A DNA stretch of 64,000 bases. Source: Vulcanimicrobiota bacterium. Its GTDB lineage: Bacteria; Vulcanimicrobiota; Vulcanimicrobiia; Vulcanimicrobiales; Vulcanimicrobiaceae. A program made the position numbers and the translations under genes. This document shows positions 38,511-46,774 of this stretch, piece after piece; within the stretch, counting starts at the first letter, position 1; each line of letters starts with the position of its first letter. The stretch lies in the NCBI GenBank assembly GCA_963820825.1, contig CAWGBN010000007.1:160001-224000 (forward strand), in the 5' to 3' direction. Under the pieces are notes generated by a model, which saw only the letters and a list, made by a program, of their open reading frames with translations, searched no databases and was not told the origin of the DNA.

Positions 38511-39905
38511 TTACTCGCGGTCGTCGTCGGGGATTCCCGACGATCTCGGATGCTTGAGGAAATACTCCGCGCCGAGCGGTGCAGGGATGTGCGCAAAGGG
38601 TTTGGGTGACTGCGAAAAGTCGAAGCAGTCGGATAGATCGTCCGCGCGTACGTCGGTCGTGCCGAGCGAGCCGAGATTGAAAGCCTCCTCGGTGAACTTC
38701 AAGATGCTGCCGAACTCGTGCTGCTCGTGCGAAATGTAGCGTTGCTTTGCATAGGGTGAGATGACGATCAACGGCACGCGGAAACCGAGCTCGTAGGAGT
38801 TGTATTGCGCCGGGGCGACGTGGTCGTACCATCCGCCCCAGTCGTCCCAGGTAACGAAGATTGCGGTGTTGCCCCAAAACTTACTCTCGCCGATCGCGTT
38901 GACGACCGACGCAACCCACGATGGCCCCGAGCCGTCGGTGATGCCGGCATGGTCCGACGCTTGTGCCGTCGGTGTGATCCAGGTCACGGTCGAGAGGTTT
39001 CCGTTTGCGACGTCGGTGAGAAACTGCGACGGTGGCGCGACGACGTCGGTGGAAAACTGCGGGCTGTCGTACGTCGGCGAGACGGCAGCCGGCGCGTCCC
39101 AAAGCCCCGGTCCGAGGAAGCCCAGATAATAGTGCCACGTAAGCGACCGCCCGTCGATTAAATCCATCAGCGAGAGCCGATCGAAACAGGGGAAAATCGG
39201 ATGGCCCTCGCGCCCTCTTTCGTTAATGACGGGAACGAAGGTGTTCGGGCGCGAGTCGCAGCCGCCTCGATGGAATTCCGGCCCGGGACCGGCGGGGTTC
39301 TCCGACGCGCGCAACGGGGACCCGTTGCTGATCGTCGAGGTGCCGCTAATGAGGTACTGATGCGCCGGAAAGCTGGGCCCTTCGTTCGTTTGGAACATGT
39401 GATCCGCGAACGCGTAGGTTTCGGCCATGGTGTAGTATGGCTCGACTTCGCTCTTGGGAACGTAGGCATACGCGCGAACGTTGGCCGGTGGACAAGAGGG
39501 TTTCTCTCCCGCCGCGCATTGCGAACGAGCGCGATCGAAGCCGTCGAGCAGACCGTGCGCGTATTCGATTTTGAAGTTCTTATGGGTGTGGATGATGTCG
39601 AAGGGTGCCGTCAGCGGCGTGGCCCGTAGTCGTACGCGCTTGCCGCTCGAGTCTTTACCGCTACGTACCGTATCGGCTCCCCGCAACTCATGGAAGAGGT
39701 CGTCGACGCTCCGGTTCTCTTGAATGATGATAACAACGTGCTCGATTTTGCCGTCACCGGCCGAAGTATGCAGCGTCGATCCTGCGACCGACGGCAGAGG
39801 ACCGGCTCCGAAGGCCGCCGAGCTGACGGATGTGCCGCTGCAGCCCGACAGCAAGGCCGCGACGACCAGCGCATCACGTCGAATCCGCTCGGTACTCATA
39901 TCCAT
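38511..39905 (-). CDS. Phosphoesterase/phospholipase C lipoprotein
   Basis: Lipobox LSGC; QENRSVDDLF, GPSFPAHQYLISG, WDDWGGWYDHV, GFRVPLIVISPY. Confidence 0.9.
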   Translation of the reverse strand: MDMSTERIRRDALVVAALLSGCSGTSVSSAAFGAGPLPSVAGSTLHTSAGDGKIEHVVIIIQENRSVDDLFHELRGADTVRSGKDSSGKRVRLRATPLTAPFDIIHTHKNFKIEYAHGLLDGFDRARSQCAAGEKPSCPPANVRAYAYVPKSEVEPYYTMAETYAFADHMFQTNEGPSFPAHQYLISGTSTISNGSPLRASENPAGPGPEFHRGGCDSRPNTFVPVINERGREGHPIFPCFDRLSLMDLIDGRSLTWHYYLGFLGPGLWDAPAAVSPTYDSPQFSTDVVAPPSQFLTDVANGNLSTVTWITPTAQASDHAGITDGSGPSWVASVVNAIGESKFWGNTAIFVTWDDWGGWYDHVAPAQYNSYELGFRVPLIVISPYAKQRYISHEQHEFGSILKFTEEAFNLGSLGTTDVRADDLSDCFDFSQSPKPFAHIPAPLGAEYFLKHPRSSGIPDDDRE

Positions 39906-40128
39906 AAGCCTACCTGGCGGATACGACTTCCCTGAGAAGATCTTGCCCCGAAATCTCCTCGAATCTTCCCAAGACGGGAAGCCTCGCTCTTCGCCGCTCC
40001 GCATCCGCCTCGCCGCGTGCTAGCTTTGCCTAGCTAAAGGAACGAAGCTGACCGATTGGGCTAGAACGTACCAGGCCAGATCCGCCGATCGGCGCCGGGG
40101 TAGCTTATTAGACGAAGGTTGCCATGCA

Positions 40129-41108
40129 ATGAGAGGGCCTGTTCTTGGCTACATGCTAGGCATCGGCGTCATTGCAGCATTGCTCGCGGCGTGCGGCGCG
40201 CCTCGACAGGGTCAAGGTGACACGACGCTGCCGACCGCGGTGCCGCGAACGATCGGGCAGAGTCCGACCGAAGCGCCCGCCAAGTCTTTTCGCGTGTTGT
40301 ACCGGTTCGCCGGTGGCCGCGCCAACCACGCCTTTCGAATCGACATCCGGTGCAGTGAAATATCGGGTGCTCTACAGCTTCCGTGGCCGTGACGGATCGG
40401 AACCGCTCGCGAGCTTGATCGACGTCGATGGCACGTTATACGGAACGACGGCCGAGGGTGGCGCCCATAACGTTGGAACCGTCTTTAGCATCACTCCCAG
40501 CGGCAAGGAACGGGTGTTGTACAGTTTTCAAGAATCGGGCCGCTCCGGCAACTACCCTGCGGCCGCCTTGATCGATGTGAGCGGCACGCTCTACGGCACG
40601 ACGTTGAGGCGGGCCTTGGCAAGGCAACTCCGCGGGCAGCACGGTGACGGTCCGTCTTCGCATTACGTACCGGCTGGTCAAGGATACACGCGCTGCATAG
40701 TTTCGGGGACTCCGATAGTTCGGGTGTGCAGCGGAGTAAGGGAAGCTACTCGGCGGCACGGAACGCGGACGCTAAACATCTTCGGGCACCCCTATCGCAG
40801 CGATACGGCCGGAAATTCTGGCGAGCAGCTTTGATGGAGCACCGACGGTGCGACTCTAGCGGCACTAATCGTTGAAGGGGAGATTTACGGACGACCGAAG
40901 CGCGCTGTTCGGAACCCTGGCCCCGGTGACGGCACCGTCTTTAGCATCAGTGCACGGTGGCCAGGAACACGTGCTGCACAGCTTCGGCGCGAGCCACGAC
41001 GGAACGAGTCCCCGGGCGGGTTTGCTCGACGTCAATGGAACGCTATACGGTACGACGTGGAGCGGCGGTTCGTACGGCAAGGGTACTGTTTTTGCGTTGA
41101 CAGCATAG
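40129..41108 (+). pseudogene. Lipoprotein with tandem LYGTT..GG...GTVF repeats (choice-of-anchor GloVer-like), heavily disrupted
   Basis: Lipobox LAAC; intact repeats GTLYGTTAEGGAHNVGTVFSITPSGKERVLYSF and GTLYGTTWSGGSYGKGTVFAL; garbled repeats at about 40600-40920 (decay or read error). Confidence 0.7.
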
Positions 41109-41114
41109 CGAACT

Positions 41115-42707
41115 TCACTGCGTTTGGACGACGACCATCGACCAGGGTGACAGGGTGAGGTCGATGGAGTCGTTCCAGTTCGCTAACGTCGTGGCGCTCG
41201 GCGGATCCCAGACGTTTCTTGCGCTCTTTCTGTAGATCGCTTTGTCGTACGTAACGACGATACCGCCGCTGCCCGAGCTCTTACCGGTAATGCCGACTGC
41301 GACGTCTTGGGGAATGTGACGGTTGAGATTAAAGAGCATGAATGCGTAGCCGCCCTTGTACGTTCCGGCATAGACACGCACGTCGCCCGATCCCGTGACG
41401 GAAGCCCCGAGCATCCTCTCGCCGGCATGAACGAAATATGAGGCGGCGAGAAAGGCGCTCGCGGTCGCCAGCAGGGTGTTGCGCGGCGATCGAGCGGGAC
41501 GATTATGCGTCGGGCCATCCGAGAAGATCATCGCTCCGCCGTAGTTTTGCATCCCATAGACGTCTTTGCTAAAGTCCCCGCCGTTGTTTCGCGCGTCGCA
41601 GGAGCCCAAACCGACGTGCCAGGTCATTGCCAAGAGACCATCTTGCTCGACCTCTCCGACGGCCATTCCGGCGTATAACGCGCCGACTATTGACTGCGAT
41701 TGCCTGCCGTACGGGCCGAGCTCCGACGATATCTCCCCGAGATAGATCGGTGTATTCGGCTTACCCGCCGTTGCGAGTTCGCCTTTGATGGCGTTGAGTT
41801 CGCTCGTCAGCTGCGGCACGGCGTCATAGAGTAGGAACTGATCGCTGGTCGTCACCCGTTGCGGATAGTAGTGAACTTCGACGCAGTCATATTTGGCAGA
41901 GGCAAATACGGTTGCGTTCCACTTGCTCTTACTGTTCTGTAGATTGGCGTCGATGCAGACGCCGATATTGGGATTCGCGCGCTTAACGGCATCGTAGAAC
42001 GCCGGCTCGTTCGCGGAGTATTGATAGGGATCCCGAGACGACGTACAGCCGGGTTGGCGACAGTCGACCGCGCCCGGTACGTATTGCTCGTTGCCGACGG
42101 TCGCGAAAGCGACGTTGTAGCCTTTTCGTTCTGCGTAGGCGATCAAACCGGCGGCCTCGGCGGGATCGGCGCCGGCGGTGCAATCGGCGTTGCTGCCGTA
42201 GTTAAGCGTAACGGCAACGCGCAAATTCGCCGGGATTGCGATATCTTGCATGAGCGCGTCGAGCGTCGAAGCCGGATTCGCCTTGCCGGCGCACGGCGTG
42301 CTCGGCGGACCGTCGGTGCCCGTTTCCCAATGGTAGATGTCGGCCTGTGCGCCGCCGGGAAATCGCGTGATCGCTAAGTTCGCAGTTTGGAATGCTTGGG
42401 CGATGCCCGGTAAGGTGAAGTCGTACCATACCCCCATGCCCGACCCGAGGTCAGAGAGGTTCATCGCCGGTCCCACTTGCGACGGGTCGATCGTGACGGT
42501 CACGTTCGGTGCCTTCCGGTGATGCTTGCGGCGCCATAGCGGCGAACCGGTTGCGGCCTGACGACCGACCCCGGGCAAGTTCGAGCCTATCTGGGCGGGA
42601 AGTTGCGCACCACCATTACATCCACTAAGGAGAGCGGCGGCCAGGAGCGCGGCTCGACCGAGGAACGATTCAACGGCGGCACGACGCGCGGTATCGACGA
42701 CATCCAT
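41115..42707 (-). CDS. Clan GH-A glycoside hydrolase lipoprotein (GH51/GH44/GH79-like)
   Basis: Lipobox LSGC; RFPGGAQADIYHW, VGNE (acid/base), YLGE (nucleophile); C-terminal beta-sandwich LSPWSMVVV. Confidence 0.75.
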   Translation of the reverse strand: MDVVDTARRAAVESFLGRAALLAAALLSGCNGGAQLPAQIGSNLPGVGRQAATGSPLWRRKHHRKAPNVTVTIDPSQVGPAMNLSDLGSGMGVWYDFTLPGIAQAFQTANLAITRFPGGAQADIYHWETGTDGPPSTPCAGKANPASTLDALMQDIAIPANLRVAVTLNYGSNADCTAGADPAEAAGLIAYAERKGYNVAFATVGNEQYVPGAVDCRQPGCTSSRDPYQYSANEPAFYDAVKRANPNIGVCIDANLQNSKSKWNATVFASAKYDCVEVHYYPQRVTTSDQFLLYDAVPQLTSELNAIKGELATAGKPNTPIYLGEISSELGPYGRQSQSIVGALYAGMAVGEVEQDGLLAMTWHVGLGSCDARNNGGDFSKDVYGMQNYGGAMIFSDGPTHNRPARSPRNTLLATASAFLAASYFVHAGERMLGASVTGSGDVRVYAGTYKGGYAFMLFNLNRHIPQDVAVGITGKSSGSGGIVVTYDKAIYRKSARNVWDPPSATTLANWNDSIDLTLSPWSMVVVQTQ

Positions 42708-42880
42708 GTAAGCCTCGCGTGCTAGATATTGTGAGAGTATTGTTTGGTTTGCGAGGCCGCTGTCGCGGATCCCAGAGGAAAGCCGCGCCAGAGGTCTGAG
42801 TGATCATAAGACGTCGTCGGCGCAGCCTCCTGGCGACTTTCATTAATTATTTGCAAACGGACCGAAACGCCCAGGGAAAG

Positions 42881-43318
42881 ATGAAGCCACTCGATCTCCG
42901 AACGCAGCCGCCGCGTCCCCCGCGCGAGACCCTGCTGGGATTCTACTTCTTGCCGCGCACCATCGATAAGCTGCGTGCCGAACTGCCCGGAGGAAACCCC
43001 GGTGCGTACCTCAACCACGAGAACGGATTCAGCGCTTACGTCGTTAGGCGATTAGGTTTGAGTATGAACGAGTTCCGTGACGCGGTCGCAAACGCCGCCG
43101 ACGAGGCTGCGACCGTGGAGTGGCTCGCCGCACGAATCGACCTCGCGGCTGCCCCCGCGCTCAACGCAAAGCTCGAAACATTCGTCGCGGAACGCATGTT
43201 GGTCGCCGATCGGGTCCTCTTACGCGAGCGCCACCCCGTGCTCGCGGAACGGCCCGACCTCTCAAAGATCCTCGATATCCTCGAAGCCGACGATCGAGCC
43301 GCCTTCCCAAGCCTCTAA
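42881..43318 (+). CDS. DUF5069-like protein
   Basis: DLR..PPRPPRE.L.G..FLPRTIDK.RA. Confidence 0.7.
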   Translation: MKPLDLRTQPPRPPRETLLGFYFLPRTIDKLRAELPGGNPGAYLNHENGFSAYVVRRLGLSMNEFRDAVANAADEAATVEWLAARIDLAAAPALNAKLETFVAERMLVADRVLLRERHPVLAERPDLSKILDILEADDRAAFPSL

Positions 43319-43459
43319 GAGCGCGGCTCGCCGCTGGCTAAACACGATGAGCCCCTCTCCCGTTGCTTCTTTCCATCCCGCCCGTGCCGCCGCCGGCGTC
43401 TAAAGCCTCTCGCCGGGCGTCGCGCCAGAACGACTCGGCTTTCTCGCCATTAAGAGTCT

Positions 43460-44611
43460 CTATTGTTCGAGTTCGTGCAGCGTGTTCGTTTCGGTGTCGG
43501 TATAGAACAACACCGTATCGCTGTCGCTCGTACCGGCCGCAAGGAGTCCGAAGACGTGAGCGGTCGCGCTCGTGTCGATGCTTTTGGTGGCGAGCACCTT
43601 TCCCGCCGGCGTCAGCTCCACAAGCTTGTTCCCACCTTTGGTATTCGCAACGACGAGATTTCCGTTCGGTAGCAGGGCTGACGCTACCGGCGCATTGAGC
43701 GGAGAGCCACTATAGACGAGCGTCGCGCACGTGTCTTTCGGGTGAGCGCATTTGAATTTCTTTCCGCCCGGCTGCACGACGATCTCGTCCTTCTGAAGTA
43801 GAGCGCTGGCGGTCGAGACGGCGACGACCGTGTTATCGACCCCATCCACGATATAGAGCGTGTCGTTGCAAAGGCTGCCGGTTCTTTTGTTATTGTACTG
43901 TATTCCCGATGGACCCAAGACGCTCCAACCGGAGCCCTTATTAACCCCGAAGCCGCTTATAACTTCGATCGTCGTCGTTTTACCGCTAACGGGAACGAAT
44001 GCCAACTTGACAATCGCGCCGGTCTTGGCATCCGCGACGTAGATGTCCTCAGGCGCGTACGGCAGACCGCAGAACGCATCGGCGTCGGCGAACGGAGCCT
44101 CGATGTGCGAACCGTAACTCTTCTGGAGCGAACCGTTTTGGTCGAACTGAGAGACGAGACCGCCGAGCATCCCCGCGCCGTAGACGTGATTGTTCTCAGT
44201 GACTGCATCGCCGTCGCATCCCTTTACCTTAGCGCTTTGCGTAAAGGTCGCCGGCTTGGAGTGCGGTTTTGGATTGAGTATTTCGATTGTCGTGCCTTTG
44301 CCGGCGGCACCGGCAGAGTCTTCGAAGTTGCAGACGAGCAGCTGTCCCTTCTTGAGCCCGAAGGTCGATCGAACCAGGGAGATCGCGCGCGGCCCCATGT
44401 CGCCATTCTTACTATCGACTGTCGAGCCGATGTCGACGTCCTTCGTAAGTTTTTTCAAAATCGAGGTCGTGTCGTTTGGTACGACCGAACCCGCGCTTAG
44501 TGCAGAAACTTGCGCTGCTCCGCTTGGAACGGTGGTGTTTCCCCCACACGCCGACGTAGCGAGAAGTGTTCCCGCGATCAGCACAAGCACGCGATTGTCG
44601 AAAGTTGGCAT
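43460..44611 (-). CDS. Lipoprotein, beta-propeller-like
   Basis: Lipobox TSAC; STVD..NGD.GP, GQLLVCNF, LNAPVASALLPNGNLVVAN. Confidence 0.7.
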   Translation of the reverse strand: MPTFDNRVLVLIAGTLLATSACGGNTTVPSGAAQVSALSAGSVVPNDTTSILKKLTKDVDIGSTVDSKNGDMGPRAISLVRSTFGLKKGQLLVCNFEDSAGAAGKGTTIEILNPKPHSKPATFTQSAKVKGCDGDAVTENNHVYGAGMLGGLVSQFDQNGSLQKSYGSHIEAPFADADAFCGLPYAPEDIYVADAKTGAIVKLAFVPVSGKTTTIEVISGFGVNKGSGWSVLGPSGIQYNNKRTGSLCNDTLYIVDGVDNTVVAVSTASALLQKDEIVVQPGGKKFKCAHPKDTCATLVYSGSPLNAPVASALLPNGNLVVANTKGGNKLVELTPAGKVLATKSIDTSATAHVFGLLAAGTSDSDTVLFYTDTETNTLHELEQ

Positions 44612-44837
44612 CCCAAACCTCAATCCGGACGCAGTGATCACGCAGTCGGGTTCGAAGTGCTCCCTTCGTCGCCTGCAAGAAGTACGCTTGACCTGGGGTA
44701 AGACCAAGCCTCGCAAGATCGGCGGCACGAGCCCGGTAAAAAGCGCTCCCTGACGGGCGACTTCTACCCGCCGGGCGGCGCGGTCTCGGTCGAGAAGCTA
44801 ACCTGCGATCGTTTCTACTTAAGAAGGGAGCAGTGTC

Positions 44838-45872
44838 ATGAATATGGCTGGTTTAATGAAATACGCCGGCGCGCTGGTTGCAGTCGCGCTATGCTCGGCA
44901 TGCGCCGGCGCCCTTCGACAGGCTCAGGGTGACCTGGCGGTCGCGCCGTCAACCGCCGCGGCCAATAGCCGATACATCGGTAGAACGCTCTTCGTGAACG
45001 GAATGCCGGTAACGGCAGCGCGCGCGAATCTGAGCCCGCTGCCCCGCTATGCGACGATTCTTCCCGACCGGCATCGGAAGAAGAAACTTGAGTACGTCAT
45101 CAACTTTTACGGCACCTACGCCACGATCTTCGACTACCCGAAGAGCGATAAACAGATCGGTACGATCGATGACGTCGGGGGCCAGGGTTGCACGAACGTC
45201 CTCCACGGCTATGGGGAGAAAAACTTCTGGATCGTCGCGGCGTACAACCAGATCACGGAGTATACGGTTCCCCAGAAGCCGATCAAGACGCTCTCCGTCT
45301 CCGACGGCAGCATGCCATCGAGCTGTGCCATGAATACGGCCGGCGACCTTGCAGTCGGGATCTTGGATGGGCCGTCTACGGGCGATATCGTCATCTACAA
45401 GAACGCGAGCGGCTCCGGCACCTTCATCAAGACGCCGTTGGCCAGAGAGTACTTCGACGGCTACGACAACAAGGGCAATCTCTTCTTCGACGGCTTCACC
45501 AGCGGCTCTGATTTTGCGCTCATCAAACTCCCGCAGGGCAGCAGCCAGCCCCAAGTCATCACGACGAGCAACACCGTGGAGTTCCCCGGCTCGGTCCAGT
45601 GGGACGGCACGTACCTGACCGTCTTCGATCAGTTAACGAACAAGCTGTATCAGTACGATGTCAAGGGCACGAAGGCGACGTTGAAGGGCACCGTATCGTT
45701 CTCGGGTTCCAGCGATTGCGCGCAGACCTGGATCGCGAAGGGCGTCGTCTATTGCGGGGACGCGGGTAACGACAACGGTTCGGTTTTCAGCTACCCGGGC
45801 GGCGGTTCACCGCTTGCGGTCTTTACGGGGAATTTCGACTTCCCGCTCGGCACGGTGGCAGCACAGAAATAA
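44838..45872 (+). CDS. Lipoprotein, NHL-like beta-propeller, carrying a repeat-derived ALRQAQGD segment
   Basis: Lipobox CSAC; YDNKGNLFFDG, FPGSVQWDGTYL, VFSYPGGG.P; paralog of 14296-15240. Confidence 0.8.
   Translation: MNMAGLMKYAGALVAVALCSACAGALRQAQGDLAVAPSTAAANSRYIGRTLFVNGMPVTAARANLSPLPRYATILPDRHRKKKLEYVINFYGTYATIFDYPKSDKQIGTIDDVGGQGCTNVLHGYGEKNFWIVAAYNQITEYTVPQKPIKTLSVSDGSMPSSCAMNTAGDLAVGILDGPSTGDIVIYKNASGSGTFIKTPLAREYFDGYDNKGNLFFDGFTSGSDFALIKLPQGSSQPQVITTSNTVEFPGSVQWDGTYLTVFDQLTNKLYQYDVKGTKATLKGTVSFSGSSDCAQTWIAKGVVYCGDAGNDNGSVFSYPGGGSPLAVFTGNFDFPLGTVAAQK
44911..44933. repeat. REP-like half element inside a CDS
   Basis: CCCTTCGACAGGCTCAGGGTGAC; its reverse complement GTCACCCTGAGCCTGTCGAAGGG matches the intergenic GTCATCCTGAGC...GTCGAAGGA unit at 62675-62707. 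Confidence 0.7.
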
Positions 45873-45910
45873 TCTGACTCGCTCGTCTGCCGCCCAGGAG
45901 CCACAAACGA

Positions 45911-45935
45911 AGAGCACCGGTTCTGCCGGTGCTCT
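45911..45935. terminator. Hairpin downstream of tmRNA and the convergent lipoprotein gene
   Basis: AGAGCACCGG-TTCTG-CCGGTGCTCT; short U-rich run on the minus strand. Confidence 0.7.
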
Positions 45936-45944
45936 CGTGTATCT

Positions 45945-46298
45945 TGGTGGAGCTGTCGGGGTACCGCCCCCCGAGTCCAGGATGCCTAACGGGCGCTTTC
46001 TCCAGGCTCAGCTTCGGCTTTTTCTTGATCGAACGTACGCCCCAAAGCGCGGCTTACCGTTCGCTGCAGACCCTTGTTCTCGCACGTGCGTCGGATCGGG
46101 TGCGCGTGCCAGCCCGAATTTATGACCGGAAGGCAGAGTAGTTCGGGCCGACTCTCTGCGTCCGGTGACTAACCTAAATTAGGCAGCCAGTGCGTATTCG
46201 TGATTGGCAGATATTGCCGTTGCGATCGTTTTAGGAGTGCTCGCAACTCCGCCTGCTGACGCCGGCTACAACGTTCCTGTCGAACCTATTTCAGCCCC
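45945..46298 (-). ncRNA. ssrA: tmRNA, 354 nt; tag peptide ANHEYALAA* (46208-46179)
   Basis: 5' GGGGCUG pairs with CAGCUCC-A-CCA including the G3:U alanine identity pair; GGUUCGAC after the 5' stem; internal tag ORF ending YALAA-UAA. Confidence 0.96.
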
Positions 46299-46319
46299 AT
46301 GTTGCCAAACGCGACATCC

Positions 46320-46328
46320 AGTATAACA
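46320..46328 (-). promoter_or_regulatory. Extended -10 promoter for ssrA (TGtTATACT)
   Basis: TG-n-TATACT about 20 nt upstream of the mature 5' end. Confidence 0.6.
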
Positions 46329-46405
46329 CGGTGGGGCAAGCGCGGGGTTTCGGCGCCGTCCGCCAGTCCGATCGACGGCGGGCGGGCGGCGCCTTGCGCG
46401 CGGAC

Positions 46406-46774
46406 TTAGGCCCTGCGGGCTTCGGCCTGGCTTGAGAGCAGAATAAGCGTCGAGACGATCGTCATGATGATCGCACCATACAGATCGGCCAGCCAGGGAT
46501 TCACGCCGCTGCCGGGATCGTAGAAGTTGATGAAGCGGACGGTGATGACGAAGAGCAGGTAGTTGACCACGAAGGAGAACAACCCGTGCGTCAACCACGT
46601 GAGCGGCAGCGAAATCAGCGTAAGGACCGGTCCGATGATCATGTTGACCAAGCCGAATACGATGGCTGCGCCGATCGCGCTCCAGATTCCGACGTTATGG
46701 TAGAAGCCTGGAACGTACTTTCCGATCAGGTAGAAGACGATGGCATTGATGAGGAACCTGAGCAACCAGTTCAA
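46406..46774 (-). CDS. 4-TMS phage-holin-family membrane protein (YvlD-like)
   Basis: FGLVN.IIGPVL.LISLPL..LT.GLFSFVVN. Confidence 0.85.
   Translation of the reverse strand: MNWLLRFLINAIVFYLIGKYVPGFYHNVGIWSAIGAAIVFGLVNMIIGPVLTLISLPLTWLTHGLFSFVVNYLLFVITVRFINFYDPGSGVNPWLADLYGAIIMTIVSTLILLSSQAEARRA

Noticed and set aside
40716..40850. Mobile-element insertion in the repeat lipoprotein gene
   Set aside because: No terminal repeats or target duplication seen; it retains traces of the LYGTT repeat and looks like a garbled repeat unit
46406..46774. Prophage suggested by a holin-family gene beside tmRNA
   Set aside because: YvlD-like 4-TMS proteins are common chromosomal neighbours of uvr genes; no phage or integrase genes are present
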